Source: an uncultured Erysipelotrichaceae bacterium
GTDB taxonomy: Bacteria > Bacillota_I > Bacilli_A > Erysipelotrichales > Erysipelotrichaceae
Length of the DNA: 6,869 nucleotides
Direction of reading: 5' to 3'
NCBI GenBank assembly: GCA_964457525.1
Contig: CAYWGS010000014.1
Span: 1-6,869, forward strand
Each line of letters starts with the position of its first letter. The first letter of the stretch is position 1. A program made the position numbers and the translations under genes. Of the stretch, positions 6,444-6,869 are shown one piece after another. Below the pieces are notes generated by a model that was given only the letters and a program-made list of their open reading frames with translations, did not search any database and was not told where the DNA came from.

Positions 6444-6851
6444 GTGCCACAAATTACTGTATTAAATCAAGAAGGCAAGGCCCTTCACCAAATTGACTTA
6501 GCAGAAGCTGTGTTTGGTATTGAACCAAACCAACAATCCATCTTTGATGCGGTGTTGATGCAAAGAGCTTCTTTACGTCAAGGGACACATGATGTTAAGA
6601 CTCGTCGCGAAGTTCGCGGTGGTGGTCGTAAGCCATGGCGTCAAAAAGGTACTGGACGTGCTCGTCAAGGTTCCATCCGTTCTCCACAATGGAGAGGTGG
6701 TGGGATTGCATTCGGTCCTACTCCACGTTCATACGCATACCGTTTGAATCGTAAAGTAAGACGTTTAGCAGTTCGTTCTGTATTATCTGAAAAGTTTATT
6801 GAAAATGCGATTGTAGTTGTTGATCAAATTAAGTTTTTATCTTTCTTTTAA
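6444..6851 (+). CDS. rplD: 50S ribosomal protein L4 (uL4), N-terminal ~131 aa. The frame ends prematurely in non-homologous sequence (LSFF-stop), so this is an apparently truncated copy or an assembly or window artefact.
   Basis: GTG start with AAGGAGG (6429-6435) 8 nt upstream and 3 nt after the rplC stop. The sequence is strongly L4-like: [94 protein letters not shown]. Homologues such as the 207-aa Bacillus L4 continue for about 70 more residues after the ...VVVDQIKF position. Confidence 0.85.
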   Translation: MPQITVLNQEGKALHQIDLAEAVFGIEPNQQSIFDAVLMQRASLRQGTHDVKTRREVRGGGRKPWRQKGTGRARQGSIRSPQWRGGGIAFGPTPRSYAYRLNRKVRRLAVRSVLSEKFIENAIVVVDQIKFLSFF

Positions 6852-6869
6852 CCTCACTTTTTACTTATT

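Noticed and set aside
1-6869. A scan for CRISPR repeats, IS or transposase ends, integrase or recombinase genes, toxin-antitoxin pairs, defence-system genes, and tRNA or rRNA.
   Set aside because: Apart from the short motifs listed above, I saw no periodic repeats or long inverted repeats. Every ORF of meaningful size is accounted for by housekeeping functions. The only possible element boundary is the unexplained tract at 6834-6869, which is reported as a finding.

Overview
This window is AT-rich and Bacillota-like: it has GGAGG-type ribosome-binding sites, uses TGA as a stop codon, and its r-proteins align closely by eye with Bacillus homologues. It reads as ordinary core chromosome, not an accessory island. 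From left to right it contains: (1) The 5' ~270 codons of a minus-strand ARO8/LysN-type PLP aminotransferase (1-812). It is absent from the ORF track only because it has no stop codon inside the window. (2) A 131-bp divergent control region carrying an 11-bp-phased direct repeat. (3) A compact, overlapping three-gene operon for the oxidative TCA branch: a short 637-aa aconitase, a 349-aa isocitrate dehydrogenase with an NAD-type cofactor pocket, and citrate synthase. (4) A hairpin terminator overlapped by a sigma-A-like promoter. (5) A roughly 125-nt leader that is clearly more GC-rich than its flanks. (6) The start of the S10 ribosomal-protein operon (rpsJ, rplC, rplD). I found no CRISPR array, transposase or integrase, defence or toxin genes, tRNA or rRNA. 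The two observations most worth a second look are the abrupt loss of L4 homology about 70 codons early, running into a G-free T-rich tract at the window end, and the possibly structured rpsJ leader. I do not see convincing evidence for a novel multi-gene system, and the interest scores reflect that.
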